Numbered from the stretch's first letter, positions 1-9,418 are shown. The stretch: 60,737 bases of DNA from Eubacteriales bacterium (GCA_045533115.1 JAZSHF010000072.1:1-60737); one strand, 5' to 3'. Made by a program: numbers and translations. Notes: generated by a model not told the origin, from the sequence alone.

Positions 1-500
1 CCTCGACTGTCCGCTCGCTCCCGCGTTCACGTTGTCCACCATTTTGCAAATCCCCGCCACTTCGTAGGGGCGACCATTGGTCGCCCGCAAAATAACATCA
101 CGACCAAACGGGCGAGCAATGCTCGCCCCTACAAGAAATCCCACGCGCTCCCGCCGTGCAAAAACGATGTTACTTTACCTTTGGCATACGGTTGCTTCGC
201 AACCTACACCTCATCCGCCCCTTCGGGGCACCTTCTCCCGCTGGAGAAGGTATAACGCCGCTACGCGGCTACACCTCATCCGTCAACCTTCGGTTGCCAC
301 CTTCCCCAAGGGGAAGGCAAGACGGGCGAACACAGTTCGCCCCTACGGTGCGTCGAGGTAAGGGGTTCCCCGAAGCGAATGCAATGAGCTTTGGGGGTTC
401 ACGTGGATGTCGCACCCTATAACGCCGCTTCGCGGCTACACCTCATCCGTCAACCTTCGGTTGCCACCTTCCCCTGAGGGGCAGGCAAGAGGACGCCCCG
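1..500. repeat. Cluster of mosaic GC-rich hairpin repeat modules (REP/MITE-like); the window begins inside it
   Basis: Short hairpins are chained together, e.g. gggcgacc-attg-gtcgccc, ccttctcc-cgct-ggagaagg and ccttcccc-aa-ggggaagg. The 52-nt block at 206-257 is identical to 36769-36820. The module ggggttccccgaagcgaatg.aatgagctttgggggttc recurs at about 362-404, 36881-36920 and, as a variant, at 29821-29862. ORFs in the track here (77-361, 156-422, 407-634) are translations of these repeats. Confidence 0.8.
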
Positions 501-516
501 ATGCTTCGTCGCGTAC

Positions 517-547
517 AAAAAACCGCGAGCGGAAATCCGCTCGCGGG
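517..547 (-). terminator. Rho-independent terminator of the hydrogenase-family gene
   Basis: The minus strand reads cccgcgagcgg-attt-ccgctcgcgg followed by tttttt, immediately downstream of the stop at 562. Confidence 0.85.
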
Positions 548-561
548 TTTGTTTGTTTATG

Positions 562-2013
562 TTATTCTGAAATCGTCTTCTTTTCCGATTCATTGGCGAA
601 GGTATCAACGACCTCTGCGCTCTTATCGAAATGAGTAAGGCATCCTGCGCCGCTGACGCATCCGCCGACGCACGCCATTCCCTCTATAAGGTTGCCATTT
701 AGCACGCCCTTTTTGAGCATCAGAAGCGCCTTACGGCATTCCTCGATGCCGTTGCAGATAACCGGCTTAAACTCGAAGCTTTCGTTTCCACTCTCCTTCA
801 GCGCCTGCGCGACGGCCTCGGATAGACCGCCCGTGCGCCCGAAGCTTCTGCCGTAGGGCGACGCAACGCTGTCAAGCTCGCTTTCCTCAAGCTCCGCAAT
901 ACTGATATCACGGCTTCTGAACAGCGCGTAAAGCTCCTCAAAGGTTATCACCGCGTCGATCACGCACTTATTGTCACCGAGATTAAGCTCGTCCTTTTTC
1001 GCGGTACATGGACCAACGAAAATGATCTTCGCATCGGGATCGTTCTTCCTTATAAGCTCGCCCGTCGCTATCATCGGCGAGGGATTATGCGATATGTACT
1101 TTACAAGCTCGGGGAACTCCTGCTTTATAAATGAAACGAACGCAGGACAGCAGGACGAGGTAAGAACGCCCTTTTCGACAAGCTCCTTCGCCTCTTTCAT
1201 CGCGACTATATCTGCACCGACTGCCGCCTCGATAACGTGAGTAAATCCGAGCTTTCTGATACCCGAAATGAGCTGACCGCGCTTAGCATAGTTGAACTGA
1301 CTTGCAAACGCCGGCGCAACGACGGCATAAACGTTATTCTTCTTGCCGAAATCGCTCTTTTTGATTATATCAATAGCGTCGAGTATAAACGACTTCTCCG
1401 ATATCGCACCGAACGGGCAGATATACGAGCAGGCACCACAGGCGGTACACTTATTATTATCAATCGACGCCGCTTTCGTTTCGGACATCGATATCGCATC
1501 GACCTTACAGGCAAGCTCACAAGGGCGCTTGAAGTCCAGTATCGCCTGGAACTGACAAGCCTGAGCACATTTTCCGCACTCGATACACTTGTTCTTGTCG
1601 ATAAACGCCTTCTGGCTTCGATCAAAGGAGATTGCACCCTTCGGGCAGACGTTCTCGCAACGGTGCGCAAGACATCCGCGGCAGGCGTTCGTAACCTCGT
1701 AACCGCCTACGGGACATTCGTCACACGCTATATCAATGACCTCGATAATATTCGGGTTCGCCTTGTGACCGCCGATAGCAAGCTTGACTCTCTGACCGAG
1801 AATCGCCCTCTCCTTATAAACACAGCAACGCGTCGTCGGCGTGTTTCCGGGAACTATCTGCATCGGTATTTCCGTTATATTCTCAACGAGAGTCGCGTTC
1901 CAAGCATTCTTGGCGACCTCACGAAGCGCCTGAAATTTTAGATGCTGTACCTTTGTATCAAATTTTCTCGTATTCACTGTAACTCGGCTGACAGCCGCCT
2001 CCGTACTTATCAT
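562..2013 (-). CDS. [FeFe]-hydrogenase-family protein with N-terminal 4Fe-4S ferredoxin-like domains
   Basis: 483-aa ORF. Several CxxCxxCxxxCP ferredoxin motifs are present (CIECGKCAQAC, CTACGACSYICP). H-cluster-like signatures are TSSCCPAFV, GPCTAKKDE and EGMACVGGCVSGAG. Confidence 0.8.
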   Translation of the reverse strand: MISTEAAVSRVTVNTRKFDTKVQHLKFQALREVAKNAWNATLVENITEIPMQIVPGNTPTTRCCVYKERAILGQRVKLAIGGHKANPNIIEVIDIACDECPVGGYEVTNACRGCLAHRCENVCPKGAISFDRSQKAFIDKNKCIECGKCAQACQFQAILDFKRPCELACKVDAISMSETKAASIDNNKCTACGACSYICPFGAISEKSFILDAIDIIKKSDFGKKNNVYAVVAPAFASQFNYAKRGQLISGIRKLGFTHVIEAAVGADIVAMKEAKELVEKGVLTSSCCPAFVSFIKQEFPELVKYISHNPSPMIATGELIRKNDPDAKIIFVGPCTAKKDELNLGDNKCVIDAVITFEELYALFRSRDISIAELEESELDSVASPYGRSFGRTGGLSEAVAQALKESGNESFEFKPVICNGIEECRKALLMLKKGVLNGNLIEGMACVGGCVSGAGCLTHFDKSAEVVDTFANESEKKTISE

Positions 2014-2021
2014 TTTATCAC

Positions 2022-2050
2022 ATTATACATTAAACTTTGGATTTCGTCAA
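2022..2050 (-). promoter_or_regulatory. Sigma-A-type promoter of the hydrogenase-family gene; transcript may be leaderless
   Basis: The minus strand reads TTGACG-17 nt-TATAAT. The -10 element ends only 8 nt before the ATG at 2013, and there is no SD in between. Confidence 0.6.
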
Positions 2051-2091
2051 GAAATAAAATAATGTGTATGTTAATTTATCGAAATTTGCTC

Positions 2092-2120
2092 TTGAAAAAA
2101 ATAAAAATTGATAGTATAAT
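2092..2120 (+). promoter_or_regulatory. Sigma-A-type promoter of the zinc-ribbon membrane protein gene
   Basis: TTGAAA-17 nt-TATAAT, followed by RBS AAGGAG at 2145-2150 and the ATG at 2159. Confidence 0.65.
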
Positions 2121-2158
2121 GGTGATATCATAAAAATAAACACCAAGGAGACAATACT

Positions 2159-4168
2159 ATGTTCTGTGAAAAATGTGGTGCGCAGCTTCCCGACGACGCG
2201 AAATTTTGCGAAAAGTGCGGAAGCTCGACCACTCCAGGCGCAGCCCCCGCAGCCGCAACAGTAGCCGCAGCAGCCGCTGTTGCCCCTGCCGCTCCCTCTG
2301 CATTCTCTTTAGCACTCAAAAAATTCTTCTCGAATAAGAGAAACGTTATTATCACGGCAGTCGCGCTTCTTCTTGTTATCGCGGTCATCGTAGTTGCGGT
2401 AATTATAGCTTCTCAGCCCGAGAAGATCTATATCGACGATTACTTCCACGTTGAGTTCGAGGGCGTCGACGGAAGCGGTTACGCGTATCTCAGCTCAAAC
2501 GAAAAGGAAAACAAGGCGTTTGTCAAGCTAAACGAAAAGCTCTTCGGCGACGACTACAAGGAAGGCAAGGAATCTATCCAGAAGTATATATCTATCTCGA
2601 TAGATATGACCGAAGAGGAGCGTCATTCGCTCAAGAACGGCGATAAGATCAAGATCAAGCTTGAGATAAAGGACGAGCTTTACGAAAAGATCGGCGACTA
2701 CAAGCTCGTTCTCAGAAGCAAGACCGTCAAGGTAAAGGGTCTTTACAAGTCGACTCAGCTTAACGTTCTCGACTACATAACACCCGCCTTCAGCGGTTAT
2801 AGCGGCTTCGGTGTGGCTCGCAGCAACGGCACGCTCGTCTTCCCGCTTATAAACGGTGTTGAGGCGCGCGTTGAGCATGACGGTTCAAGTGCCCGCATCG
2901 AATTCTACGATGCTAAGAACGACAGTTATATTTCAAGCGCATACGCTTATTTTGACAAGTATGACCGTCTTTCGAACGGCGACAAGGTGACTTTGTCCTT
3001 CAACGCAAGCGACTACGACACCTCCGGCCTTTTCAACGGATACGGAATCATTCTTTCTAACCAGTCCAGAACCTACACGGTATCTGGTCTTTCCGAGCCG
3101 CTCACCTGCGACATTACTGAGCATGTCAAGTTCAGCTTCGCGGGACTCAGCAGCGTAGGAAGAATGACTATCACTCTTCCCGAGGATCCCGTAAAGGCAG
3201 GCAACATTTCGGTAATCTTCAGAGAGCCCTATAACGGCTCCGAAATGACAAACGAGTTCGTACTCGCTATCATCGACGAAAACGGCAATAACGTCGAGAC
3301 CTTCAGCTATTACGCCGATATGTATTACGATCTCAAAAACGGCGATAAGGTCAAGTTCAATGCCTACGGAGACGTAGAGGATATTCTCACCGATTACGGC
3401 GTTGCCTTCCCCTACTCCTTTGAAGTTGAGGTAAAGGGACTCGAAGAGCCCTTTAACGCCGACCCCGTAAGCCGCGGAACCTACTCCTTTGGCGGATACG
3501 AGAACTACGGAACGTTTAATTTCGATCTTCCCGAGGCTAACCGTGTATACAAGTCCGATGACGGAAAATACACCATCAAGCTCTCCTTTGTGAAGAATAA
3601 CTACTATATGATCACAGTAGTCGTAGCAGATGAAAACGGCAGAAACTTCCTTTCGTTTAATTACGAATGCTATCCCGGCACGTATTTGAAAAACGGAGAC
3701 ACCGTTGAATTCTACTGCACCGAATGGGACAGCAATCTCAAGGGCTACGTTACGAGCTACGGTCTCTATTTCCCCGACAGGATCACGTACACCGTTGAAG
3801 GCCTGAAGGAGATTACTACGGTAAATCCTCTTGAAAACAACATTACCTTCTCATTCGCACAAGATGGTGACTATATTAAGATGACTCTCGGTCTTAAGGA
3901 AAAGACCGTAACCGTCGGTGAAAACACCCTTCACTATTCTCTCGAAACCTACACGTCTTGGGGCTACAAATATACCAAGGTCAAGATCACGGTAAAGGAT
4001 AAGGACGGAAAGCAGGTCGCATCCGGTTACTATCAGTTCCAGTCCGACCATCTCTACGCGGGCAACTGGATCTATCCCAGCACCTATATCGATACCGATC
4101 CTATCGTAAGAGGAACGGGACTTCTTTTCAACACTGACAATTTCTACGTAATCGTCAGCGCACAGTAA
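2159..4168 (+). CDS. Zinc-ribbon, single-pass membrane protein with a large repetitive extracytoplasmic region
   Basis: N-terminus is CEKCGAQLPDDAKFCEKCG (two CxxC pairs), then an Ala/Pro linker and one TM helix (VIITAVALLLVIAVIVVAVIIA). An L(K/S)NGD(K/T)(I/V) motif recurs at least 4 times, about 100-120 aa apart. Confidence 0.7.
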   Translation: MFCEKCGAQLPDDAKFCEKCGSSTTPGAAPAAATVAAAAAVAPAAPSAFSLALKKFFSNKRNVIITAVALLLVIAVIVVAVIIASQPEKIYIDDYFHVEFEGVDGSGYAYLSSNEKENKAFVKLNEKLFGDDYKEGKESIQKYISISIDMTEEERHSLKNGDKIKIKLEIKDELYEKIGDYKLVLRSKTVKVKGLYKSTQLNVLDYITPAFSGYSGFGVARSNGTLVFPLINGVEARVEHDGSSARIEFYDAKNDSYISSAYAYFDKYDRLSNGDKVTLSFNASDYDTSGLFNGYGIILSNQSRTYTVSGLSEPLTCDITEHVKFSFAGLSSVGRMTITLPEDPVKAGNISVIFREPYNGSEMTNEFVLAIIDENGNNVETFSYYADMYYDLKNGDKVKFNAYGDVEDILTDYGVAFPYSFEVEVKGLEEPFNADPVSRGTYSFGGYENYGTFNFDLPEANRVYKSDDGKYTIKLSFVKNNYYMITVVVADENGRNFLSFNYECYPGTYLKNGDTVEFYCTEWDSNLKGYVTSYGLYFPDRITYTVEGLKEITTVNPLENNITFSFAQDGDYIKMTLGLKEKTVTVGENTLHYSLETYTSWGYKYTKVKITVKDKDGKQVASGYYQFQSDHLYAGNWIYPSTYIDTDPIVRGTGLLFNTDNFYVIVSAQ

Positions 4169-4178
4169 ATATATGCCG

Positions 4179-4213
4179 ATCCCTCTCCCGCTCGGGAGAG
4201 GGATTTCGTTTTT
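4179..4213 (+). terminator. Rho-independent terminator
   Basis: atccctctccc-gctc-gggagagggat followed by ttcgttttt. Confidence 0.85.
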
Positions 4214-4217
4214 GCTA

Positions 4218-4246
4218 TTGACAAAAGACGAAACATCTGATATACT
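4218..4246 (+). promoter_or_regulatory. Sigma-A-type promoter driving a roughly 175-nt leader of the CNNM/CorC-family gene
   Basis: TTGACA-17 nt-TATACT. Confidence 0.7.
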
Positions 4247-4341
4247 ACTCCTATCAACATAAAAACGGAGGATTTTTCAAACCATCATGGACAGTGACAG
4301 TGATAATTGTAACTGCGACCGAAGTATTATGATAAAAGGCG

Positions 4342-4380
4342 GCATATCCATTCCGAGAGGCGGTATGGGTATGCTTTTTT
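4342..4380 (+). terminator. Terminator-like hairpin plus U-run inside the 5' leader (possible attenuator)
   Basis: gcatatccat ... atgggtatgc (one G-U pair) followed by tttttt, 47 nt upstream of the ATG at 4427. Confidence 0.55.
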
Positions 4381-4426
4381 GCGCTTATTTTTCGGTTAAT
4401 AAAAATAGTGCGGAGGTGAATTTCTG

Positions 4427-5692
4427 ATGGAAACGATACACTATATATACATCGGAATAATGCTCTTCTGCGTTATGATGTCGGCATATTTTTCCGCTAC
4501 CGAAACGGCATTTTCATCTCTTAACAGAACGAAGATAAGAACCCTTGCCGAAAAGGGCAACAAGAAGGCGAAGCTTGTCAACAAGCTTCTCGACAATTAC
4601 GATTCGCTTATCTCAACCATACTTATCGGAAACAACATCGTAAATATCGCCTGCGCTTCGCTTGGTACTATGCTGTTTGTTGACCTGATAAAGGATCAGG
4701 ACCTCGGAGCAACGGTCTCAACGGCAGTCGTTACGGTTGTCGTGCTTATCTTCGGTGAAATAACCCCGAAAAGCGTCGCAAAGGACAATCCCGAGAGATT
4801 CTCAATGTTCGCGGCCCCCCTTATACGCATACTTATCTTCCTTTTCACTCCGTTAAACCTTATTTTCTCGGGCTGGAAAAAGCTCGTTTCGAAGATATTT
4901 AAGGTCGAAAGCGACACGAAAATGTCGCAGGAGGAGCTTCTGATGCTCGTTGAAGAGGTTGAAGAGGACGGATCTATCGACGAGGACGAGAGCAGCTTGC
5001 TTAAAAACGCGATCGAGTTTTCCGAGCTTAAAGCAGAGGATATCCTGACTCACCGCGTTGATATCGAAGCTGTCAGCACCGAGGACACGAAGGAGGATAT
5101 CGCAAAGGTATTCACCGAAACGAAGTTCTCGCGCCTGCCCGTTTACGAGGAGACGATCGACCATATCGTCGGTATCATTCACCAAAAGGACTTTTACCAC
5201 GGCCCCGGTCTTACCGATAAGCCGATAAGCGAGATAATGACCTCGCCCATATTCGTTCTTAAAAGCGAACCGCTGAGCGAGCTTCTCCGACTTCTTCAGG
5301 AAAATAAGTCACACGTTGCCATTGTTCTCGACGAATACGGCGGAACGCTCGGCATCGTAACTCTCGAGGATATCCTTGAGGAGCTCGTCGGTGAAATTTG
5401 GGACGAGCACGACGAGGTGACCGAGGAGTATACAAGCATAGGCGAAAACCTTTGGCTCATCGACTGTCTTGAAAATCTCGACGATTTTGCAAAGCAGTAC
5501 GACCTCAATATCGAATCGGAAAGTATCTCGGTCGGAGGTTGGGTAATGGAGCAGATGGGCAAGATCCCCGACGTTGGCGACAGCTTCGAATACGATAACG
5601 TATCCGTCACTGTAACCGAGCTCGACGGTCAGCGAGTTTCGCAGATAAAAATGCAGATCACTCCCAAGCCCGATACGGACGAGGAAGAATAA
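4427..5692 (+). CDS. Hemolysin-family/CNNM (DUF21)-CBS-CorC_HlyC membrane protein (putative divalent-cation transport mediator)
   Basis: 421 aa. It has N-terminal TM helices, a CBS-pair-like middle region and a C-terminal CorC/HlyC-like domain. The overall layout is typical of the TlyC/CorC family. Confidence 0.8.
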   Translation: METIHYIYIGIMLFCVMMSAYFSATETAFSSLNRTKIRTLAEKGNKKAKLVNKLLDNYDSLISTILIGNNIVNIACASLGTMLFVDLIKDQDLGATVSTAVVTVVVLIFGEITPKSVAKDNPERFSMFAAPLIRILIFLFTPLNLIFSGWKKLVSKIFKVESDTKMSQEELLMLVEEVEEDGSIDEDESSLLKNAIEFSELKAEDILTHRVDIEAVSTEDTKEDIAKVFTETKFSRLPVYEETIDHIVGIIHQKDFYHGPGLTDKPISEIMTSPIFVLKSEPLSELLRLLQENKSHVAIVLDEYGGTLGIVTLEDILEELVGEIWDEHDEVTEEYTSIGENLWLIDCLENLDDFAKQYDLNIESESISVGGWVMEQMGKIPDVGDSFEYDNVSVTVTELDGQRVSQIKMQITPKPDTDEEE

Positions 5693-5748
5693 TGTAAACG
5701 CCCTCGCGGGACTGCACAAGTCCGTTAAAAACGGACAATAGAAAAACT

Positions 5749-5790
5749 CCCCTTATGGTAGAATAGAACTACTATAAGGGGGGATTTTGT
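5749..5790 (+). terminator. Probable terminator hairpin
   Basis: ccccttatggtag ... ctactataagggg (one wobble pair) followed by gattttgt. The U-run is weak. Confidence 0.5.
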
Positions 5791-5862
5791 ATGCCAAGAG
5801 AATACAAGAAAATCAAACAAAGAAAATGTCGAAAAATATCCGTGATACGATATGCCAACGTA

Positions 5863-5893
5863 TTGACAAAACGGCAAAACGTGATATTATAAT
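5863..5893 (+). promoter_or_regulatory. Sigma-A-type promoter of the K+ uptake operon
   Basis: TTGACA followed 17-19 nt later by ATTATAAT. Confidence 0.6.
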
Positions 5894-5967
5894 GTAAATA
5901 GATAATAAAGGAACCCGCTGACTGCAGAGTACGTTGATTCCTTTATGCGTTTTTAGAGGAAAACTTT

Positions 5968-7329
5968 ATGGTTAGAAAAAAGAAATTCACACTCTCAACC
6001 ACGCAGATTATATTGCTCAGCTTCCTCGCGACCATTCTCGTAGGAAGCGTGCTTTTGGCATTGCCTATCAGTTCCGCCGACGGCAAAGCCGTGCCGTATC
6101 TTGACGCACTTTTCACTGCAACCACTTCTACCTGTGTAACAGGTCTTGTTACGCTTCCAACTGTGTCTACATGGAGCGTCTTTGGTCAGATCGTCATATT
6201 GCTTTTGATACAGATCGGCGGTCTTGGTATCATCACCATTATGTCGGGGTTAATGCTTCTGTTGAACAGAAAAATAGGCATCAGCGACCGTTTGCTTATT
6301 CAGGATGCCTTCAACCTCAATACTATGTCGGGGCTTGTCAAGTTTGTCAAGAACGTGCTGTTCGGAACGCTGATCATTGAAGGAATAGGCGCGGTTCTAT
6401 ACATGTTCGTGTTTGTCCCCGAGTTCGGTGCAAAGGGAATCTGGATATCGGTATTCAATTCGGTTTCAGCATTCTGTAATGCCGGTATTGACATTATTGC
6501 TGAAAACAGCCTTCGCAATTACGCCACAAATCCCTTGATAAACATCGTTACCTCGGCACTCATTATTCTCGGCGGTCTCGGCTATATCGTATGGTGGGAT
6601 GTGCTTCGTGTCGTCAAGAGCCGTTCAACTAAAAATCGAAAGATATTCAGGCATCTGACCTTTCACAGCAAAATTGCTATTACCGTTACCGCAGGACTCA
6701 TTTTTGTCGGTGCGATTCTCATATTTGTTTTTGAATACGCTAATACGTTGACCATCGGAGAGATGTGCCTGTTCGATAAAATTCAGGTATCATTCTTCCA
6801 ATCGGTCACCACGAGAACCGCGGGCTTTGCCTCGGTTCCGCAAGAGAATCTGACAAACGCCTCTGCCGCGCTATCCATTATCCTGATGCTCATTGGCGGT
6901 TCACCGGTGGGAACGGCAGGCGGTATAAAAACCGCAACTATCGCAGTCCTCGTTTGCTCGGCATTTGCTACGATTCGAAACAAGAATAACGCGACCCTTT
7001 TCGGTCGAAGCATTTCCGAGGACTCGCTGAAAAAGGCGGATGCCGTGGCGGTAACATTTCTTACGATTTGCACTGCATCCGCCGTACTATTGATGGCAAC
7101 GAGTAACGCATCTGCCATTGATGCGGTCTATGAAACTGTCAGCGCAACAGCAACCGTAGGTCTTTCGAGAAATCTTACGGCAACACTTAACACGTTCGGG
7201 AAACTTATTATCATAGTAACGATGTATTTCGGCAGAGTCGGTCCCATCTCACTTGCGGTGGCACTTGGCAGTAAGAACGAAAGTCAGAACGTAATTTCCG
7301 AGCCGACGGAAGATATCATTATAGGATAA
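5968..7329 (+). CDS. ktrB: TrkH/KtrB-family potassium uptake membrane subunit
   Basis: 453-aa polytopic membrane protein with repeated GGxG-like pore motifs (QIGGLG, GGLGY, GGSPVGTAGGIKT). It is followed 10 nt later by a TrkA-family gene. Confidence 0.85.
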   Translation: MVRKKKFTLSTTQIILLSFLATILVGSVLLALPISSADGKAVPYLDALFTATTSTCVTGLVTLPTVSTWSVFGQIVILLLIQIGGLGIITIMSGLMLLLNRKIGISDRLLIQDAFNLNTMSGLVKFVKNVLFGTLIIEGIGAVLYMFVFVPEFGAKGIWISVFNSVSAFCNAGIDIIAENSLRNYATNPLINIVTSALIILGGLGYIVWWDVLRVVKSRSTKNRKIFRHLTFHSKIAITVTAGLIFVGAILIFVFEYANTLTIGEMCLFDKIQVSFFQSVTTRTAGFASVPQENLTNASAALSIILMLIGGSPVGTAGGIKTATIAVLVCSAFATIRNKNNATLFGRSISEDSLKKADAVAVTFLTICTASAVLLMATSNASAIDAVYETVSATATVGLSRNLTATLNTFGKLIIIVTMYFGRVGPISLAVALGSKNESQNVISEPTEDIIIG

Positions 7330-7339
7330 GGAGAAAATT

Positions 7340-7993
7340 ATGAAAGCAAAGAAAACGTACGCAGTCTTTGGACTTGGAAGATACGGCATAGCCGTTGCAC
7401 GTGAGCTTGTAGAGAACGGTATGGAGGTCATTGCCGTCGATACCGAGGAAAGAATCGTCAACGATGCGGCGGCATATCTGCCCGTCTGCAAATGTGCCGA
7501 CGTAACCGACGCGGAAGTCATTTCACGCCTTGGCATCGGCAATATTGATACCGCCATCGTTTGCATGGCGAGCAATCTTGAAGCGAGCGTAATGGCGGTC
7601 ACGCTTTGCAAGGAGGCGGGCGTTAAGACCGTTATCGCAAAATGTGCCAACGAGATGCAGCGAAAGATATTGCTTCGCGTGGGTGCGGATCAGGTGGTTT
7701 TTCCCGAAAATGAGTCGGGTATACGCCTTGCCAAGAACCTACTCAGCTCGGGCTTTATTGATATGATCTCCCTGTCGCGTGACGTGTCGATAGTAGAGAT
7801 TGATGTGAAGAACGAGTGGAGTGGTAAAAACTTGATCGAATTGAATCTACGAAAAAAATACGGATTCAACATAGTTGCCATTAAGAAAGGCGACCAAGTC
7901 AACGTAAATATCAATCCGGAGCAAGCACTGGATGCAGAAAGCTCGCTGATCGTTATTGCAAATACGGCAAAGCTTGGAAAATTGAATCAATAA
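7340..7993 (+). CDS. ktrA: TrkA/KtrA-family potassium uptake regulatory subunit (RCK N + C domains)
   Basis: 217 aa with an N-terminal Rossmann motif VFGLGRYG. Its size and its pairing with the TrkH-family gene fit KtrA. Confidence 0.85.
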   Translation: MKAKKTYAVFGLGRYGIAVARELVENGMEVIAVDTEERIVNDAAAYLPVCKCADVTDAEVISRLGIGNIDTAIVCMASNLEASVMAVTLCKEAGVKTVIAKCANEMQRKILLRVGADQVVFPENESGIRLAKNLLSSGFIDMISLSRDVSIVEIDVKNEWSGKNLIELNLRKKYGFNIVAIKKGDQVNVNINPEQALDAESSLIVIANTAKLGKLNQ

Positions 7994-8281
7994 TCCTATT
8001 CGAAACAGCGGCGAGAAAGGGCTACCATCGCGGTAGCCCTTCCTTATACCCTCACCCCGGCGCTTTACTCATCGCGGCGCCGGTTTCACTTTTGCTTACG
8101 GCATCGAGGCGGCTGTAGATGTTAGCCCATAGTAAGCGGCGAGCAGAATCGGGATATATATGTAAATCCCAAAACACTCTAAAATTTAATATAACCAAAT
8201 TCCGTTTTACATCTTATGTTTAACTTGATAATTTAAGCGCAAAATAATAGTAAAATAAAGATATGAAATGGAGGTTTTGGT

Positions 8282-9124
8282 ATGAAAAAAAGAATTATTA
8301 CCAATCAAACAATAAGCTCGTTTAAGGAGTATTTAATCGAGAACGAAAAAGCAACCGCTACCATCGAAAAGTATATGCGAGATATACGCCTATTTACTGA
8401 ATACGCTACAGACAAGCCCTTGGATAAAGCTCTTGTGTTGGAATACAAGACGTCATTGGAACAGACCTATGCCATCAGAAGTGCAAACTCTATGTTGGCG
8501 GCTCTCAATGCCTTTTTTCGCTTCATCGGGTGGCACGAACTTTGTGTAAAGCAATTTAAGGTGCAAAAAGAGGTGTACTGTTCCGAGGAAAAGGAACTTA
8601 CCAAAGCGGAATACACCGCTCTTGTGAGAGTGGCTGAGCAAAAGGAAAATGAACGCTTATCCCTCGTGGTGCAAACGATCTGCGGAACAGGCATTCGTGT
8701 CAGTGAATTACAAAGTATTACGGTGGAGGCTGTACGCAAAGGAGAGGCAATTGTATCCTGCAAGGGAAAAACAAGAAAAATATTTATTGTAAGCGCCCTT
8801 CGGAAGAAACTGCTTCGATATGCATTAGAACACAAAATAAACTTCGGGATTATTTTCGTGACCAAAAACGGTAAACCTCTTGTCCGCAGTAATATATGGA
8901 GAGAAATGAAGAGTTTGTGTGAACAGGCAGGTGTTTCTCCCCAAAAGGTGTTTCCGCACAACCTACGCCATTTATTTGCGAGAACTTTCTATGGCATCGA
9001 AAAGGATATTGCAAAACTAGCGGATATTCTCGGTCACTCCAACATTAATACCACGCGAATTTATATCATCACAACCGGTGCCGAACATCAGCGACGTATG
9101 GAGAATATGCGGCTAATTATCTAA
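8282..9124 (+). CDS. Tyrosine site-specific recombinase (XerC/D-like, short form), candidate invertase for the adjacent switch
   Basis: 280 aa. Catalytic signature is present: TGIRVSEL (Arg), HNLRHLFA (HxxR) and LGHSNINTTRIY (His...Tyr). RBS GGAGG precedes the ATG. The gene is AT-rich compared with its flanks (by eye). Confidence 0.9.
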   Translation: MKKRIITNQTISSFKEYLIENEKATATIEKYMRDIRLFTEYATDKPLDKALVLEYKTSLEQTYAIRSANSMLAALNAFFRFIGWHELCVKQFKVQKEVYCSEEKELTKAEYTALVRVAEQKENERLSLVVQTICGTGIRVSELQSITVEAVRKGEAIVSCKGKTRKIFIVSALRKKLLRYALEHKINFGIIFVTKNGKPLVRSNIWREMKSLCEQAGVSPQKVFPHNLRHLFARTFYGIEKDIAKLADILGHSNINTTRIYIITTGAEHQRRMENMRLII

Positions 9125-9162
9125 AAAATAAAACCGCTACACTTTCGCAGCGGTTAAATATC

Positions 9163-9183
9163 ACATAATGGTTATTATGTTGT
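9163..9183. repeat. Left inverted repeat (IR-L) of the invertible segment
   Basis: ACATAATGGTTATTATGTTGT. It is the exact reverse complement of 9419-9439. Internally it has palindromic arms ACATAAT/ATTATGT around an asymmetric GGTT centre. Confidence 0.9.
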
Positions 9184-9254
9184 AATAAACAATAAAAATA
9201 AACAGTATACCTCGATTAAATGCTCAAGGGTAATCAAAAATGGGTACAACAAAT

Positions 9255-9286
9255 AAGACCTTTTGAAAAAATAACCAAAAGGTCTT
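9255..9286. terminator. 11-bp hairpin inside the invertible segment (insulating terminator candidate)
   Basis: aagaccttttg-aaaaaataac-caaaaggtctt followed by gtttctc. It lies upstream of the internal promoter. Confidence 0.5.
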
Positions 9287-9344
9287 GTTTCTCACGCCCA
9301 AAATCCGTTATTTTATGTAAATCTCAATTTTTTTGGTAAATCAC

Positions 9345-9373
9345 TTGATTTTTCGTTTGTATTATGCTATACT
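9345..9373 (+). promoter_or_regulatory. Sigma-A-type extended -10 promoter inside the invertible segment
   Basis: TTGATT-17 nt-TATACT, with a TGc extended -10 motif (TG at 9365-9366) within the spacer immediately upstream of the -10. Confidence 0.75.
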
Positions 9374-9418
9374 TTATTGTACTAAAAAGTAACGTGATAT
9401 GTTTGTTCGGCTTTATGA

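Noticed and set aside
77-634. Track ORFs 77-361, 156-422 and 407-634, and likewise 36511-36906 and 36755-36970, read as hypothetical proteins.
   Set aside because: They lie entirely in the mosaic hairpin repeats and overlap one another in different frames. They lack RBSs and have Arg/Pro/Gly-rich repeat-derived composition. I treat them as translation artefacts of the repeats.
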